Part shown: in pieces, positions 50,373 to 63,305 of the stretch | Layout: each line of letters starts with the position of its first letter | How positions within the stretch are numbered: the stretch's first letter is position 1 | Source of the DNA: Girardia tigrina | Lineage: Eukaryota | Length of the DNA stretch: 64,000 nt | Assembly: GCA_001938485.1 (NCBI GenBank) | Contig: MQRK01196599.1 | Location: 1 to 64,000, forward strand | Reading direction: 5' to 3' | The notes under the pieces: generated by a model | Database searches by the model: none | What the model was told of the DNA's origin: nothing | Seen by the model: only the letters and a program-made list of their open reading frames with translations | Program-made: the position numbers and the translations under genes

Positions 50373-51767
50373 GTCTAAAGGGGTTTTTAAAATATAGAAA
50401 AAATAAAAAAATAAAGAAATATAATTTGATAATTATAATTATTAATCCAGGCACATGGAGGAAATCTAAATTTGTATTTGTTAGTACTTTTAGTAACATT
50501 ATATTTTATGTTTTCATATGCCTTTTCTGTTTTATTTAACTATGTTAATGTTTTTTTAATTTCAATTACATTAAGATAAATAAATTTTAATAGCAGATTC
50601 TTTTCGGATTTTAGGTGATTTATAGAAAAACTTTAAACGAAATATGTATTATAATCATTCAAAAATAATGCAAATAAGGAATAAGAATAAAAATGGTACA
50701 AGTATTCAAAACGAGCCCTAAACTATTTAATCTGCTGAAAAATCTAATTTTCTTTCTACCAAACCTAGTAATATAATATAATATACCTTTTAAAGTAAAC
50801 AAATTCATATATATTTTTGAAATTTTCAGATCAGAAGATAAACTTCATAAATTATTATTATATATTTGAAAGTAACTGTTAAAATATTGAAAGTAAAATG
50901 GTATAGAAAGACCTCAGACAAGACTCATAACAACCTTTTATTAAATGTATATGACCCACTCGTTTTGCATTTTGATCAAAGAAGAAAGAATTATACCTAA
51001 AATGTATCATTCCGAATTCTTATACTTAAGCTTAGTAAATATAAGGTAGAACAACAAATTTTCTTTTAAGTATATAAAATAAAACAGTAATTTACTAATC
51101 AAGGCTTTTGCAAATTCTTCGTATTACCTCTCGTAATGCTGCCGACAGACAGAATGATTTATATTATTAATAAATATTTTAAACAGAAACAAATAGAGTA
51201 TCAGAAAGGAAAATAATTAGTTGTAGCAAATTAATGACATCAATGCAGACGAGTAACAGAGTTTTATGATAATTAATAATTTATTTTTATTTTAATTTGT
51301 TATAAAATATTAAGAAATAAAAATATATTACAAACTGTTTGCAGAAAATAAAACGGTTTTTTAAATGTTAATTATTTTATTTTTTAAATTTTAAATTGAA
51401 GTTTTGACTTAATATTTAAAGATTGTTGTTCAGATTTACGATTTAATAAAAAAATTAAATTTATTCAAAAATGATTTATAATAATACAGTTATTATACAA
51501 AACAAATTATACAGTACCCTAAAGTACCGAGACTCGGTTTTTTTGTGGGAAAAAAAGAATTTTATTATTTTTAAATTTAATAAATTCAGTTTTAAAGTCA
51601 TTTAATAAACATTGATTTCCAATTTTCATAATTTTAGAATTTAATTTATTTTAAATGCTGATAATCCGGTTGAAACTTAAACATTTAATTTTCTACATTT
51701 TCCCAGTTCTAATGTATTTACACTGACCATCCTATTTCTATTGAATCCTGTTTTTATATTTGAATTG

Positions 51768-53422
51768 TATTAAGAACATTTAGACAAGTCGCGTTTGAAC
51801 TTTTATTACAATCACATTTAGAGTCATTATGACTCTCAGAAAGTCTTTCATCGTTCTAATTGGTTTTCTTAATTCTATTTTTAATCATGATTATTCGAAC
51901 AATTTTTCTACGTCATTTTTAAAAAATTTAAATTTTAAAAATATAAATTAAAAATAATAATTTTAACCATTTCTTAATAAAACCCAAAATAATAAAAATG
52001 TTATCAAATTATAAAAATGCATTTAATTTAAATTTTACTATAAAATATTAATTTTTAAAATTTAAAATATGAACTTATAAAATGATTATTTTAATTATGT
52101 TCGAATATTCAATCACTTTAAATTTAAATAAAAATACCAATTTCCATCTGGGTGGGAGAATCACAATTCTAAATTCAACATACTTAAATCAACATACAAC
52201 ATCACTATTAGGTGTATAACTTAGTTTTTTGGATTTTCTAAGAGATGGTATAACCTTTGTAATAAGCATTATTTTACAGCCGTACGTACAGATTTTTAAA
52301 GTGCTGAAATTGAGGAATTAAAATTAAGTAGGTCATTGACCTTAAATGCGCCATAAACATATTTTTAATCACGTTTTAGCATGACAACTTTCATACCAAC
52401 AAAACAGCATTTGCGGGAAGCATTACTATTTTGCTTTAATCAAAAGAAAAAAGCTGCAGACAGTTTTCGGCTTCTTGAAGAAACTTATGGTCAACATGCA
52501 CCAACTCAACAGACTTACGAGAACTGGTATAAACGTTTCAAANNNNNNNNNNNNNNNNNNNNNNNNNNNNNNNNNNNNNNNNNNNNNNNNNNNNNNNNNN
52601 NNNNNNNNNNNNNNNNNNNNNNNNNNNNNNNNNNNNNNNNNNNNNNNNNNNNNNNNNNNNNNNNNNNNNNNNNNNNNNNNNNNNNNNNNNNNNNNNNNNN
52701 NNNNNNNNNNNNNNNNNNNAGATGGTCGTTTTTGCATAATATTGTGACTGGAGATGAAAAATGGATTTATTATTTTAACTCTAAACGCAAGAAATCGTGG
52801 GTTCATCCCGGCGAACCGTCCACGTCAACAGCAAAAAGCAACATTCATGGAAGCAAGGTTATGTTGTGCATTTGGTGGGATCAGAAAGATGTACTACACT
52901 ATGAGCTGCTGAATTCGAATGAAACTGTTAATGCAGAACGTTACCAACAACAGTTAATGAAATTGAACGATGCATTGAAGGATAAAACGTCCTATTCCAG
53001 CCAACAAACAGCGCACAGTGATTTTGCTCCATGACAATGCTCGGCCACATGTCGCAAAACAAGTAAAAAACACATTGGAAGCACTTAAATGTGAAATTCA
53101 CCAGATTGTGCCCCATCAGATTATCATCTGTTCCGATCAATGCAAAGCGCTCTTCGGGACCAGCACTTCAGAAACCAGGATCATATAAAAAAATGGCTAG
53201 AACAATGGATCGCATCAAAAGACCAAAACTTATTTTTCGATGGAATTCATAATTTGCCTGAAAGATGGTCGAAAGTCATAATTAACGATGGAAAATATTT
53301 TGATTAGAATAAAACGTATTATGTCATATTAATAAACTTGTCTGTTCTGCAAAAAAATCCAAAAAACTAAGTTATACACCTAATACATTTACATATTCAA
53401 ACAATTTAAAATATTCCTCACA
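51768..53422 (-). mobile_element. Solo LTR of the TG...TA family split by a mariner
   Basis: tattaagaac at 51768, core ccatctgggtgggagaatcac at about 52144, end aatattcctcaca at 53422; flanks aattg/aagtg (4/5). Confidence 0.85.
52208..53383 (+). mobile_element. Mariner transposon, mauritiana/Mos1-like, same family as 44901-46167
   Basis: Perfect TIRs ttaggtgtataacttagttttttggatttt with TA TSDs; MTTFIPTKQHLREALLFCF, VTGDEKW, HDNARPH, SPDCAPSDYHLF (DD34D); frameshift near 52980 and a small deletion near 53095. Confidence 0.96.
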
Positions 53423-54399
53423 AAGTGTATTGAAATATTCAATGGATAGAAGAGTTTTGATTGATTTGAAGAAAAAACCAAAAATTATAAATGTTTCGTG
53501 ATGTAGATCTTTCCTTCTTCGGTGCGGAATACATGGTTAACATCATCTTTATTGTAAATAATTAATGCTTTTAGATCATTTCGACGGATGTTATTCAATT
53601 TCGATTATTAACAAAAACGATGATCTTTTATTCTTTTTTTTTAGTTTTATCCTTTCAATGATTGAACTGCATGACGATTCTCTGTCAAGAACGAAAAATG
53701 TTATGGATTTGGTGTAGTTATAAATGTATATTTAGGGTTTTAAATTTATCGTATCTCCTTTATAAGGTACTTTCCTGAGGAAGGACATTTGTAATTTTAA
53801 TTTCTCTAAGGAAGTTTTAAAAAATTATAAATTGTATGTAAATGCTGTTATTAAAATTTTATTGTTTTAATTTAGGAATTTAAAAATGTTAAGTTATATT
53901 TCCGGAGAAAATAATTATTGAAATGTGATAAACAATTATTAATAATGATAAATATTTTTCAATTCAAATACGTCAATAACATTTTTTAAAAATAATTTTT
54001 ATTTGAAAAAAATTAAAAGATTTACGTTATATAAAATTCGTTTGGTTTTAATGACTACAGTGCCTTAGAGAATAAAATTGGACTTCAATTCCATTTATGA
54101 AAGAGCAAAATTTCTTCTCTGAAGTTTTAAATATTTTTATATAATTATTTGATTTTATATTTTAAACTGGTTTGGAAAAATTGACCATAAAAATATCATA
54201 AAAGGAAAAATATTTTTATATCATTTGTTTATTAATTATGTAAATAAGCTATACAAACTAAGTATTCAGATTATTATATTTTTCTTGGGTTATTAAGTTA
54301 TTATTTGTATCATCGTTACGGTAACCAAGGTATTTTTGATAGTTGATGCCTAGGCTCAGGTATAATAGAAGTTTTATACATGAAGTTCTTACATATATT

Positions 54400-54560
54400 A
54401 TAAAAGGTTATTTATCTTGGTTACGGTAACCAAGATACTTGTGATTATTGATGAGTTACATCAGACGATTCATGAGGTGTTATTTGATGTTAAATAAAAT
54501 ACATATATATAACATAAGGGTTTCACATATATACGAAAAAATCGATTTTTAAACAATATT
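54400..54560 (+). repeat. Dispersed repeat with hairpin cttggttacggtaaccaag; copies at about 54305-54360 and 63358-63512
   Basis: aaaggttatttatcttggttac.gtaac.aag.tacttgtgatt...aaaaaatcgattttt is shared with 63363-63506. Confidence 0.8.
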
Positions 54561-57255
54561 TTAAGAATTTCAGTTTGAGCAAATGTGCATATCATAAATA
54601 TTAATTAACAGATTGGATACTTTATATTTAATGTATTGAATGTACTTAACGAATATATTCGACATCATCGGTGCTCATTACCTAAAAAGAGTACGGAGAG
54701 AATTATTTAAGAATGTTATGAATTTCGTGCTTTGTAAGTGGGTGATGTTTTCGAATGAACTTCTCGTGCCGGGATGACAGATTTATATTTTTTATTCTTA
54801 TTTTATTAAACGAGTTAAACATTTCTACAATAATTATATATTATTCACATAAAATAAAATAATTGTATATTATGCAAATTATCCGATTTAAAACTGGCTG
54901 TAGGGATCTTACAAATAATTAAAGCATTCCAATAATCATAAATTTAAATATCATATTTATTTTACATATGATTTAATGTTTATTAAATCATATTTCCCAA
55001 GAATTAAAATTCACAGAGAATATCCTAATCAATCGGACTAAACCGTAAATCATTCAATGATTTGTGAAAATTAAATAAAAACCATAGTAATCCAAAATTT
55101 AATAAAGCGTTGTTTAAACGTACTAATTTATACAATTGGCAAATTCAAAAGTTTCCAAAAACGAATGAATGAGAGATAAAAAATGGTGTTGTTATATAGT
55201 TTTTGTGTAAATAAATTTTATCCTCAAATCATGCGTCTCTCTTATTTTTTATGCGTGGAAGCTACTTTAATACGCTCCACTTCACTGATTTTTAGCGAAG
55301 ATGTTTTAATTGAATACAATTTTTGGTCTTTCTGTATATCTCCTGCGTTCGCCTAACGGACTTCTAGTGGTCTGGGATTTCAGTTTCAGAACCGTTGAAT
55401 TAAACGACATGTGATGAATTTATCGGACTTAAAATACTCAAATTAAATTAAATATAATCTCTTAAAATAATCAAATTTCTGTCTAAAAATTTTTTTAGTT
55501 TTGATCCCAAATGGGGGTTATATAAATAACACTGTAACAATTTTTTCCCCACAAAACAATTTCTATGTTCCTTACACAATTTGAGTATGCTAATTACGAA
55601 TATGATATTAGTTTTTGTATACCATCTTATTATTTGCCGCTATTTAATATTTTCTATTATGTAAGTTCCTAAAATCACAGTCAAAAAATAGAAAATGAGT
55701 AGAAGAGTTATGTATTTAGTTTCAATCAACAAGAATACTTGTCTTTTTAGTAATTAATTTGATTAGGTTTTAAATAATCCGCATTTGGAGACTTTTTCTT
55801 GTTTTATATGTTTTCTTGGAAATCGGATGATTATTTGTTGTTGGAAGAGAGACTTTTCTTCTAGAGCGGCTTTACGAAGGCGACAATGATTTTGAATTTA
55901 CTGTCTTGTTGCTAACCTATTTTTAATTCAATTTCTTTATTAATTAATATCTCAAAATTTAAATCATTGATTTATTTTATTATTATTATTATGTATTATA
56001 TTTATATTTCTTATTTATATTATCGTTATTATTTATATGTCCGAATTGTTAGGGACCAACCCCTTGGAAGTAGCAAAATAATTTTGCTCGTCATTCCAAA
56101 CAACTCAACTGATGATCAAAAATAATTTCAACTGCCTATGAACGCACCAGAATACCAAAAGTTTCTAAGGATAATGGAGCATCCTTCTTGGAGGAGAGAT
56201 GTTAATTACAATAATTAATAAGCACTTTAGTAAAGTCAATCAAAAAAAGAACAATATAATCAAATATTCAAATGTTATTATAAAAATGGTGGTTTAGTAA
56301 TTGCAAGAATGAAAAAGCTTTTCGATCTTCCCTACAGAACTGATATAAAACGGGTGGTATGAATCTTTGATTTAATAATAGTATCTCTAATGCCATCGCC
56401 AGTTGAAGGCCTTATATATGGCCTTTAACGAGATCAAACATTCTTCAGTGAATTTAGTTATAATGAATATTCGGAAATAAACTTATACGAACCACGTTTC
56501 GCGTTTAACAATCGCAGAACATATTTTTATGGTTAAATTAAAAGAATGAAATTTGAATGATGTATGAAGTAATTGCAGATCTAATTTTCGATACAAATCT
56601 TAATTTTTAATCCTTCATACGCACCTGCAATTACTTAACAACCCACAACGCCATTAATACTAAATGTACTCATAAAGCTTTGACTAAAACTTTTATTTGC
56701 TTTCCCTACTGCGTATTTTTTATTGTTCTATATGTTCATCGTTTTTGAAAGACTGAATATAATTTTTTTCCATCCAGGAAGAAAAGCTTATTCAAAAGAA
56801 TTATAATGATTTCATTTTCTTAGATTCTTTTAATATCAATAACTCTGTACAATATTTTCTAAACTTGACTAAAAACAGTCTCCTTTGAGTTATTTCCATG
56901 CAATTTAACATATTGGAAACGAAAGACTGACTAAAAATAATTCCACTATCTCCAAATCCCTGTCCTTAATATTTTGTTGTATTTAATGAGCTATAAAGCC
57001 AAAACGTCAAATATGCAGTAATTGCTATGGATTATTTAGCATTTCATAAACATGTACAGTTGAAGTAAAATTTAAAAGTTTTACCCTTCTTAAATTGTAT
57101 CAAAAATATCTTTCACAAATTCAAAGATGTGGTAAGACAAAATAAGCCTAACAACCTGTATAGTTTAATACAATTAATTAACGGAGGTGCAGTGTTCTGT
57201 TACCGAAACATGTTTTTCATTTTTCAAGCTTAGTTTAAACAAGAATTCTGTAATG

Positions 57256-57884
57256 CAAGGGGGCAACTCAAATGATATTCCGGACAACTTTGGAAAGTCA
57301 TCATAACTCCGCGGGCCGCATTTAAAATTATAAATCTTCATTTTATATTTTAACCCACCATAGATATTTTTTCGAGTGAAAAAATGAAACATAATGAATT
57401 ATTATTATTGTGTTTGATAATAGATAATATAATAAAAAATATAATAATATAATAATAGATAATATAATAATAATGATACCAAATGTACATTGAAAAGACA
57501 AAAAAAATTAAATAAAACTAGTAAATGTAAAAATTAAAATTTTTATATCCATTCTTTATGCAAACAAAACTCTACTTTGCCAACAAAGTTTTTAAAATTT
57601 AAAAATTTAAGATTTAAAGAATTTTAAATTAAAAAACACATTAAAAATCAATATAAACTACTTATAATTTATAAATCTTGCAATTAATTTTGTTCGGGAA
57701 CTCTGAATATTCCGTTTTTTCCAATTATGGGATCTTAAAAAGTTTTTTTCGATCAAATTTTTAGATAATCAGTTTGAAGAAAATTGATTGAGTAGAAGGC
57801 CTTCAAAAATAGATTTATAAATTCCATGGATATANNNNNNNNNNNNNNNNNNNNNNNNNNNNNNNNNNNNNNNNNNNNNNNNNN

Positions 57885-57917
<33 letters not shown>

Positions 57918-58319
57918 AGTGATTTAATAAAAAGAATGGAATAAAAAAGAAGTCATTAAAATATATTTAATTTACTAGCGCGATATTTTTCTCCATTGTT
58001 TTGCTTAGCCATGCAATTCGATTTCTATTTTGGTATTTGCACATCGTAATTTGGCTTAGTGGTTAGTGTCCGTTTTTTTCGGATATATAACTACAAACTC
58101 ATAAATAAAATTGCAAGAATATTATTTGACAGTCAAATTAATTTTTTTCATAATTAAGACAGTTAATTTTAGAATATAAGGAGGTACAAATAATGCATGT
58201 ATTAATAAATTGGTTTTCAGTACCTTAGCCAGTATTAAATAAATATATTTTGACGAAGCTCGCGGTCGAAAAAAATATTTAAAGCGGTCCACATGCGACC
58301 CACGGGTTGGCCACCCCTG
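57256..58319. mobile_element. hAT (Charlie/Buster-like) non-autonomous element with a nested repeat
   Basis: Termini caagggggcaac and gttggccacccctg; gcgggccgca subterminal motif; perfect 8-bp TSD ctgtaatg at 57248-57255 and 58320-58327. Confidence 0.88.
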
Positions 58320-58959
58320 CTGTAATGAATGGTTATAAAATATCGTGCAAATGTTCTTTTTTATCAATTATCAAAATCAATTTAAAAATCTATGTTAAGT
58401 GTTCACCATTCCTTAAAAACAATAATTTCAATTGAATATGTCATAAAGTTTATCTTCCATCAATCCCGAAGAATTAAGAAAAAAATATCATAAATCGAAA
58501 TCTCTGTTAAAAAATTTAATAATTCTTTTTCTATAATTTTAATAGTTTATGAATAAACTTTGGAAAGAAAAATTTAAATATTCGATCCACTAAATAAATT
58601 TATCATTTTTATCTTTTATTTGACAAAACAAGCTTCCGCTAATTTCTGCAGAAATCAGATAAGGTAAAATTAGTGATAAGATCGGTTTCTGATGGCAAAT
58701 TATAATTTATTCATTAATATTCAAGAATTTAACTCGATTTTTATCAACTTATTAAAGTGGAGCAATGGTTTTCGTAGATAGAATAATGAAAAGTTTGTTT
58801 TAATTACATATCTTTAAAAAATCCTCTTTTTTATTATAAACATAATGTCATAATATTTAATTTTATAATAATTAAACACAAATAATCAACTGATCGATGT
58901 ATGAAATTTTACTAATGTTTTTAAAACGATTTAAGTGTCTGATCGCAGCGATGGCGCAG

Positions 58960-59345
58960 TGTGGCTGTTGCTCCAATCCGCGGTGATTACCCCTCCTTGT
59001 CTTGACCCCTCCGGAAAATTATTCTTATTAATTTCTGCTCTCTCAACTCCGATTCGGAACAGAAAAGACCTGCAACATCGTCATCTTCGATTCTCTGTAC
59101 TTCTCCTCGACAATGCGGATCATCACGTCTAACCGGACTAGTCGAGTACTAATTCAGCGCTCAAATCCTCGTCTGTAGATCCTTATCGACTACCCATCCG
59201 AGTTGGTCGCACCTGCACAACGCCTTGTAATGCGGAGCCATAATGTTTATCGATTTAAATTCTTCAAAACTTTTAAAGGGCATATTTCAGTTCTTATAGA
59301 ATGTCAATAGAAACCTCATACATTTAAAATTAAATATCGGTTTTC
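58960..59345 (-). pseudogene. PSMD6: 26S proteasome non-ATPase regulatory subunit 6 (Rpn7) 5' fragment, decayed
   Basis: MRFLLTF...NIMAPHYKALC..DQLGWVVDKDLQTRI*ALN...RLDVMIRIVEEKYRES...LFRIG[46-nt insert]DKEG.ITA is colinear with PSMD6 as I recall it (LRFLLSL...NNMAPYYEALC..LDWQIDVDL...RLDEELEDAEKNLGES...LCRIGDKEGALTA). Confidence 0.8.
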
Positions 59346-59639
59346 ATAAAATTTATTCTTTTCAAATAAAACTGAAACAATTTTCTCTTTTTTAAAACAA
59401 AAGCAATTCCTAAAAATTTTACCATAAACTCACAATTGTTTTATAATAATAATTTTTACATAGATTTTTCTAATACAATTCTTTTCTTCATTTTACTTTC
59501 ATATAAAATTTTTTAATCATGAAACTTGTTTTTTTAAAAAATGAAATTCTAATGGAAAATCTATCATTAAAGAAAATCGAATAAAAATAAAACAAAATAA
59601 ACTGAGAGAGAAACGGGAAAAAAATAAAAACAAATTCCC

Positions 59640-60140
59640 GGAATACGTTCATTTTCGAACAGTTTCTCATTACATTCTTGTTCAAAAAAGATGGATCAAG
59701 TTAAGACGACAAGAGTGTATCAAAACTTGCGGGTCTACTAAACCTTTATTTTAAATTGATTAATCTATTTGGCTTGTATTTCTCGATAGGGTGCAAAAAG
59801 TCGCACAGCTCGTCTCGGTCGTCGCCCGAGATCACCGTCATATCGCATCCAATGGTGATGTTAATGTTTATGTCGACGGTCGAACGTCCTAGCTCGTACG
59901 AGATCCTCCAAATCTGATTGACGAATTTAAAAGACGGATTTGAAAGACAGTGAAAGACCTGGATTCCCATGCTCAGTGCCTCGACAGACCAATTGTGTGG
60001 AGATTATCGAGAGCTGCTCTACAGATAACTCAGCTACAATGATTACGATTTTTCGCTCCATCAGAAATTAATAGATCGTCATTTAAATCGACTACATAAT
60101 TGCTCGAGTATAACAACAAGTCGAACGCTCTTTGTCAATA
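59640..60140 (+). pseudogene. Unidentified decayed coding fragment, divergent from the PSMD6 relic
   Basis: GC-richer island; a protein-like frame with scattered stops; candidate short GT...AG intron at about 59733-59788. Confidence 0.4.
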
Positions 60141-60654
60141 AATTTATTAAAAAATTCAAAAAACACTAATTTTTTGTATTAATAAACAACGGTATTTTTA
60201 TTTATCATTAATTAAATATTTTCAGTAATTTATTAGAGCACTACAGCATGTCATTTTATTTTTTCTTTTCAACGTTATATTCTGAAATAAACTAAACAAT
60301 ACAACAAAATTACTTTCTTTTTATTATTAAACTAATTTCATCTACTCCATAAACTTTTAACATTTTGAGTATAAATATAAGAATTATCAGGACCATAATT
60401 TAATAATGAAACTACTTCATGCATGTTTAAAAAATTGCCCTTCATCTCTGTATACGATTATATAATATAATATAATATAAATATTATAAAATATTACATA
60501 TATAATATTATATAAATATAAATACAATAAAGTATAATATAAAAATATAATATATATATCTATAATATACTATTTACACACATAATATGAACACAATCGA
60601 AATATTGATTTTTCAGTAATTTTGGATGATAGTGATATGGCATCTGGCTATTTA

Positions 60655-60910
60655 CCTATTTGTTTCTATCCATGTGTTCAAACGATTTTTCATATTTTGC
60701 TTTCTTCACCTTCTACACCCTATGGGCATTCGACCCCACTTTACATTATAATACACAACATATCAATAATCGATATGTGTGCTTTTTTTCAAAATTCTAA
60801 ATCATATTCCGACTATTGATCTATGTGTTTCTATCCATGTGTTCAGACAGAATTTTGATAATTTGCTTGCTTCGCCTTCTATACCCTATGGATATTCGAC
60901 ACCACTTATA
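60655..60910. repeat. Tandem duplication, period about 165 bp
   Basis: tgtttctatccatgtgttca...ccttcta.accctatgg..attcgac.ccactt at about 60661 and 60826. Confidence 0.8.
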
Positions 60911-61169
60911 TATAAATATATATATATACACTATATTATATAAAAAACATGAATATATTGCACTTTTCACAATTGTGAACATATTGATTTTGCACACTTG
61001 CACTAAGCCTAGCCAGACTGCACATGTTCAGTATTGATTAGCACATTTGCAGTATAGATTAACACAGTGCAGCCTAGGCAGCACTGTGTAGACGAGTGCG
61101 GTATTGATTTTGCACCTTTTTTGTGTAATTTTGGTGGTTTTTACATGTTTTCTATGATTTCTAAAGTGT

Positions 61170-63305
61170 TTTTCATGGATTTTTCCCATATAAGAAATGC
61201 TTAAAATGCTGAGTGAAATAATATATCGCTAGTAATTCTTTTCTGGTAATGCAATAACCAAGTTCATGTTTATTCATCTTATGAGAACCATATGCCATGA
61301 CTCTTTCTCTTCCACTCGAGTCTTTTTGTGACCGTACTGCTCCAATCGTATCGAAACTTACATCTGTGTCCAATATAAATTCTTTATCGAAGTCTGGATA
61401 CGCCAAGATTGGAGTTTGAACCATTCTTTCTTTTAATCTCTGAAAAGCTTCGTTACATTATTTTGTCCACATTATTTTCTTATCCTTGTTTTTGCCACAC
61501 AGGCCTTCTAAAACTTTCGAATATCTTGCATAATCTTTTATGAATTTTTTGTAATAATTTATCAAACCCAAGAAACTCCTTAAATGTTTAATACATGCTG
61601 GGTTTTGAAATTTGTTAATCGCATCAATCTTTGTTTTTTTCTGGGTTCATTCCTTTGACAACATAGAATTTTATATACTTTTGGTTCCCTTCAATTTTAA
61701 TCTTCAAGAGTACTGTTCCATAATTTATTAATTCCGAAGCATTTGCACATGCTAAGCGTCTTCGTGATTCTCTAATCTTAATATTTGGTATATTTTTAAT
61801 TAAACTTAATTCATTCACATTTACTCTAGCGCCGGTGTCTAAAAGACAGTGTACTTCTCTATCTTTAATGTAAAAATCTATACTTGGTCTACCATCCAGT
61901 TTGTCATATATAATGTTAAGCTGTGTTATTTTTAAAATTTCTTCATTCTTCGTTTTGTTTCTTTTTTCTTCCATTTTACTACTAAAACAGTTTCCTTTAC
62001 ATTCTTCTTTCCAACAATCTAATTTACAAACTTCGAGGGGGTTCTTTCCAGTCATACAATTACATATACATTTTACACCATCATACTTATTTTTATCATT
62101 TAATGAAGCACATTGATCACCTGACTTTGTGATCGTGCCTACTCGTTTCCCTGCTCATTTTCATACCTTTGTCTCTTACCTGGGAAGACCCTTTTAGTTA
62201 ACTTTCCTTGATTTAATCTAGTCTCTTCGTATTCGCTGTCGTCATTGCATTCATCAATTTTCGCAACTGGGTATTGACGATTTTGAGGTCTATTATGGTA
62301 TCCCTTATTATTTTCTTTCTTCCAATCACTGTTTCTACTGTACTGTTCTGTTTCCTTAAATCTGTTCTTGTTGAGATAACATTGAGTTCTTTAATGGCCA
62401 TTTCTGTTGCAGTGAGTACATTTCACATTTGAGCAATCTCTTCTTATGTGGCCTTCTTCTTGACATGCATAACATTTTACAGTTCTCTAATAGTTCTTTT
62501 TCGGTTTGAATCCATTATTTCCTTGATTCCTATTGTTGTGTTCGTAATGTCTATGCGAGGTTCTTTCATTGTGTACAGCTTTGCGTCTAGTTACGTTTTT
62601 CCAATTATCTTGTTACAGTATATGCTGCCACTGTTTCCTCACTTTCCATTTTACGTAGTTCGTACATATTGGTAACTACGCTTTTTATATCTTTGGTTTC
62701 AGTTGTTCGTCTCAGTTTTAATTCTTTTTTGATTTCATAACTGTCAACCATATTTAAACAGGCAAGGTAGAGTAGTTCTTTTATAGACAAATTTTCTTTG
62801 GTTAGTATATTCACAAGTTCTGCTTTTTTTATGTTTCTTCTGGTTTGGAGGATCCCCACCGTAAGTTTGCCAACTCCTTCATTGTATCCAGTAAATGCAA
62901 ATTTTTAAATTTTTAAATAAATCATCTTTGTCATCTTTCTTTGATTGATATAGTTTTATGTTAATATATTCAAATCTAAAAAAAACAATGAATGGAAAAG
63001 TTTAATAATAAATTTTAATTTCTCATAATTTTTATTGGATAAAAGTCATTACATAATTTTTTAAATAAACATTAATTTTTAAAATATATTACATTTAATA
63101 AGTTAAAATCTTTTACTGAAAATATTATTAAAATTCATAATTATCAAACTTTAATTAATTAGTACATAAAATTAATATCATTAAATTAATTTCATTAGAT
63201 TCAAATAATCAATCAATAAACATATCAATCCCATCTGAGTAGGAGAGTCACAAATCTAAACAGCATACAAAAAACAAACTTAAACATTACAAATTATCCC
63301 TCACA
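61170..63305 (-). mobile_element. Gypsy element C (TG...TA LTR family): partial 5' LTR, gag, protease, RT end and RNase H; internally deleted
   Basis: LTR start tgtgagggat at 63305 with family core; gag knuckles GHIRRDC and CTHCNRNGH; CLLDTGARVN; LRSFLGLINYY; LDTDVSFDTIGAV; YCITRKELLAI. Confidence 0.92.
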
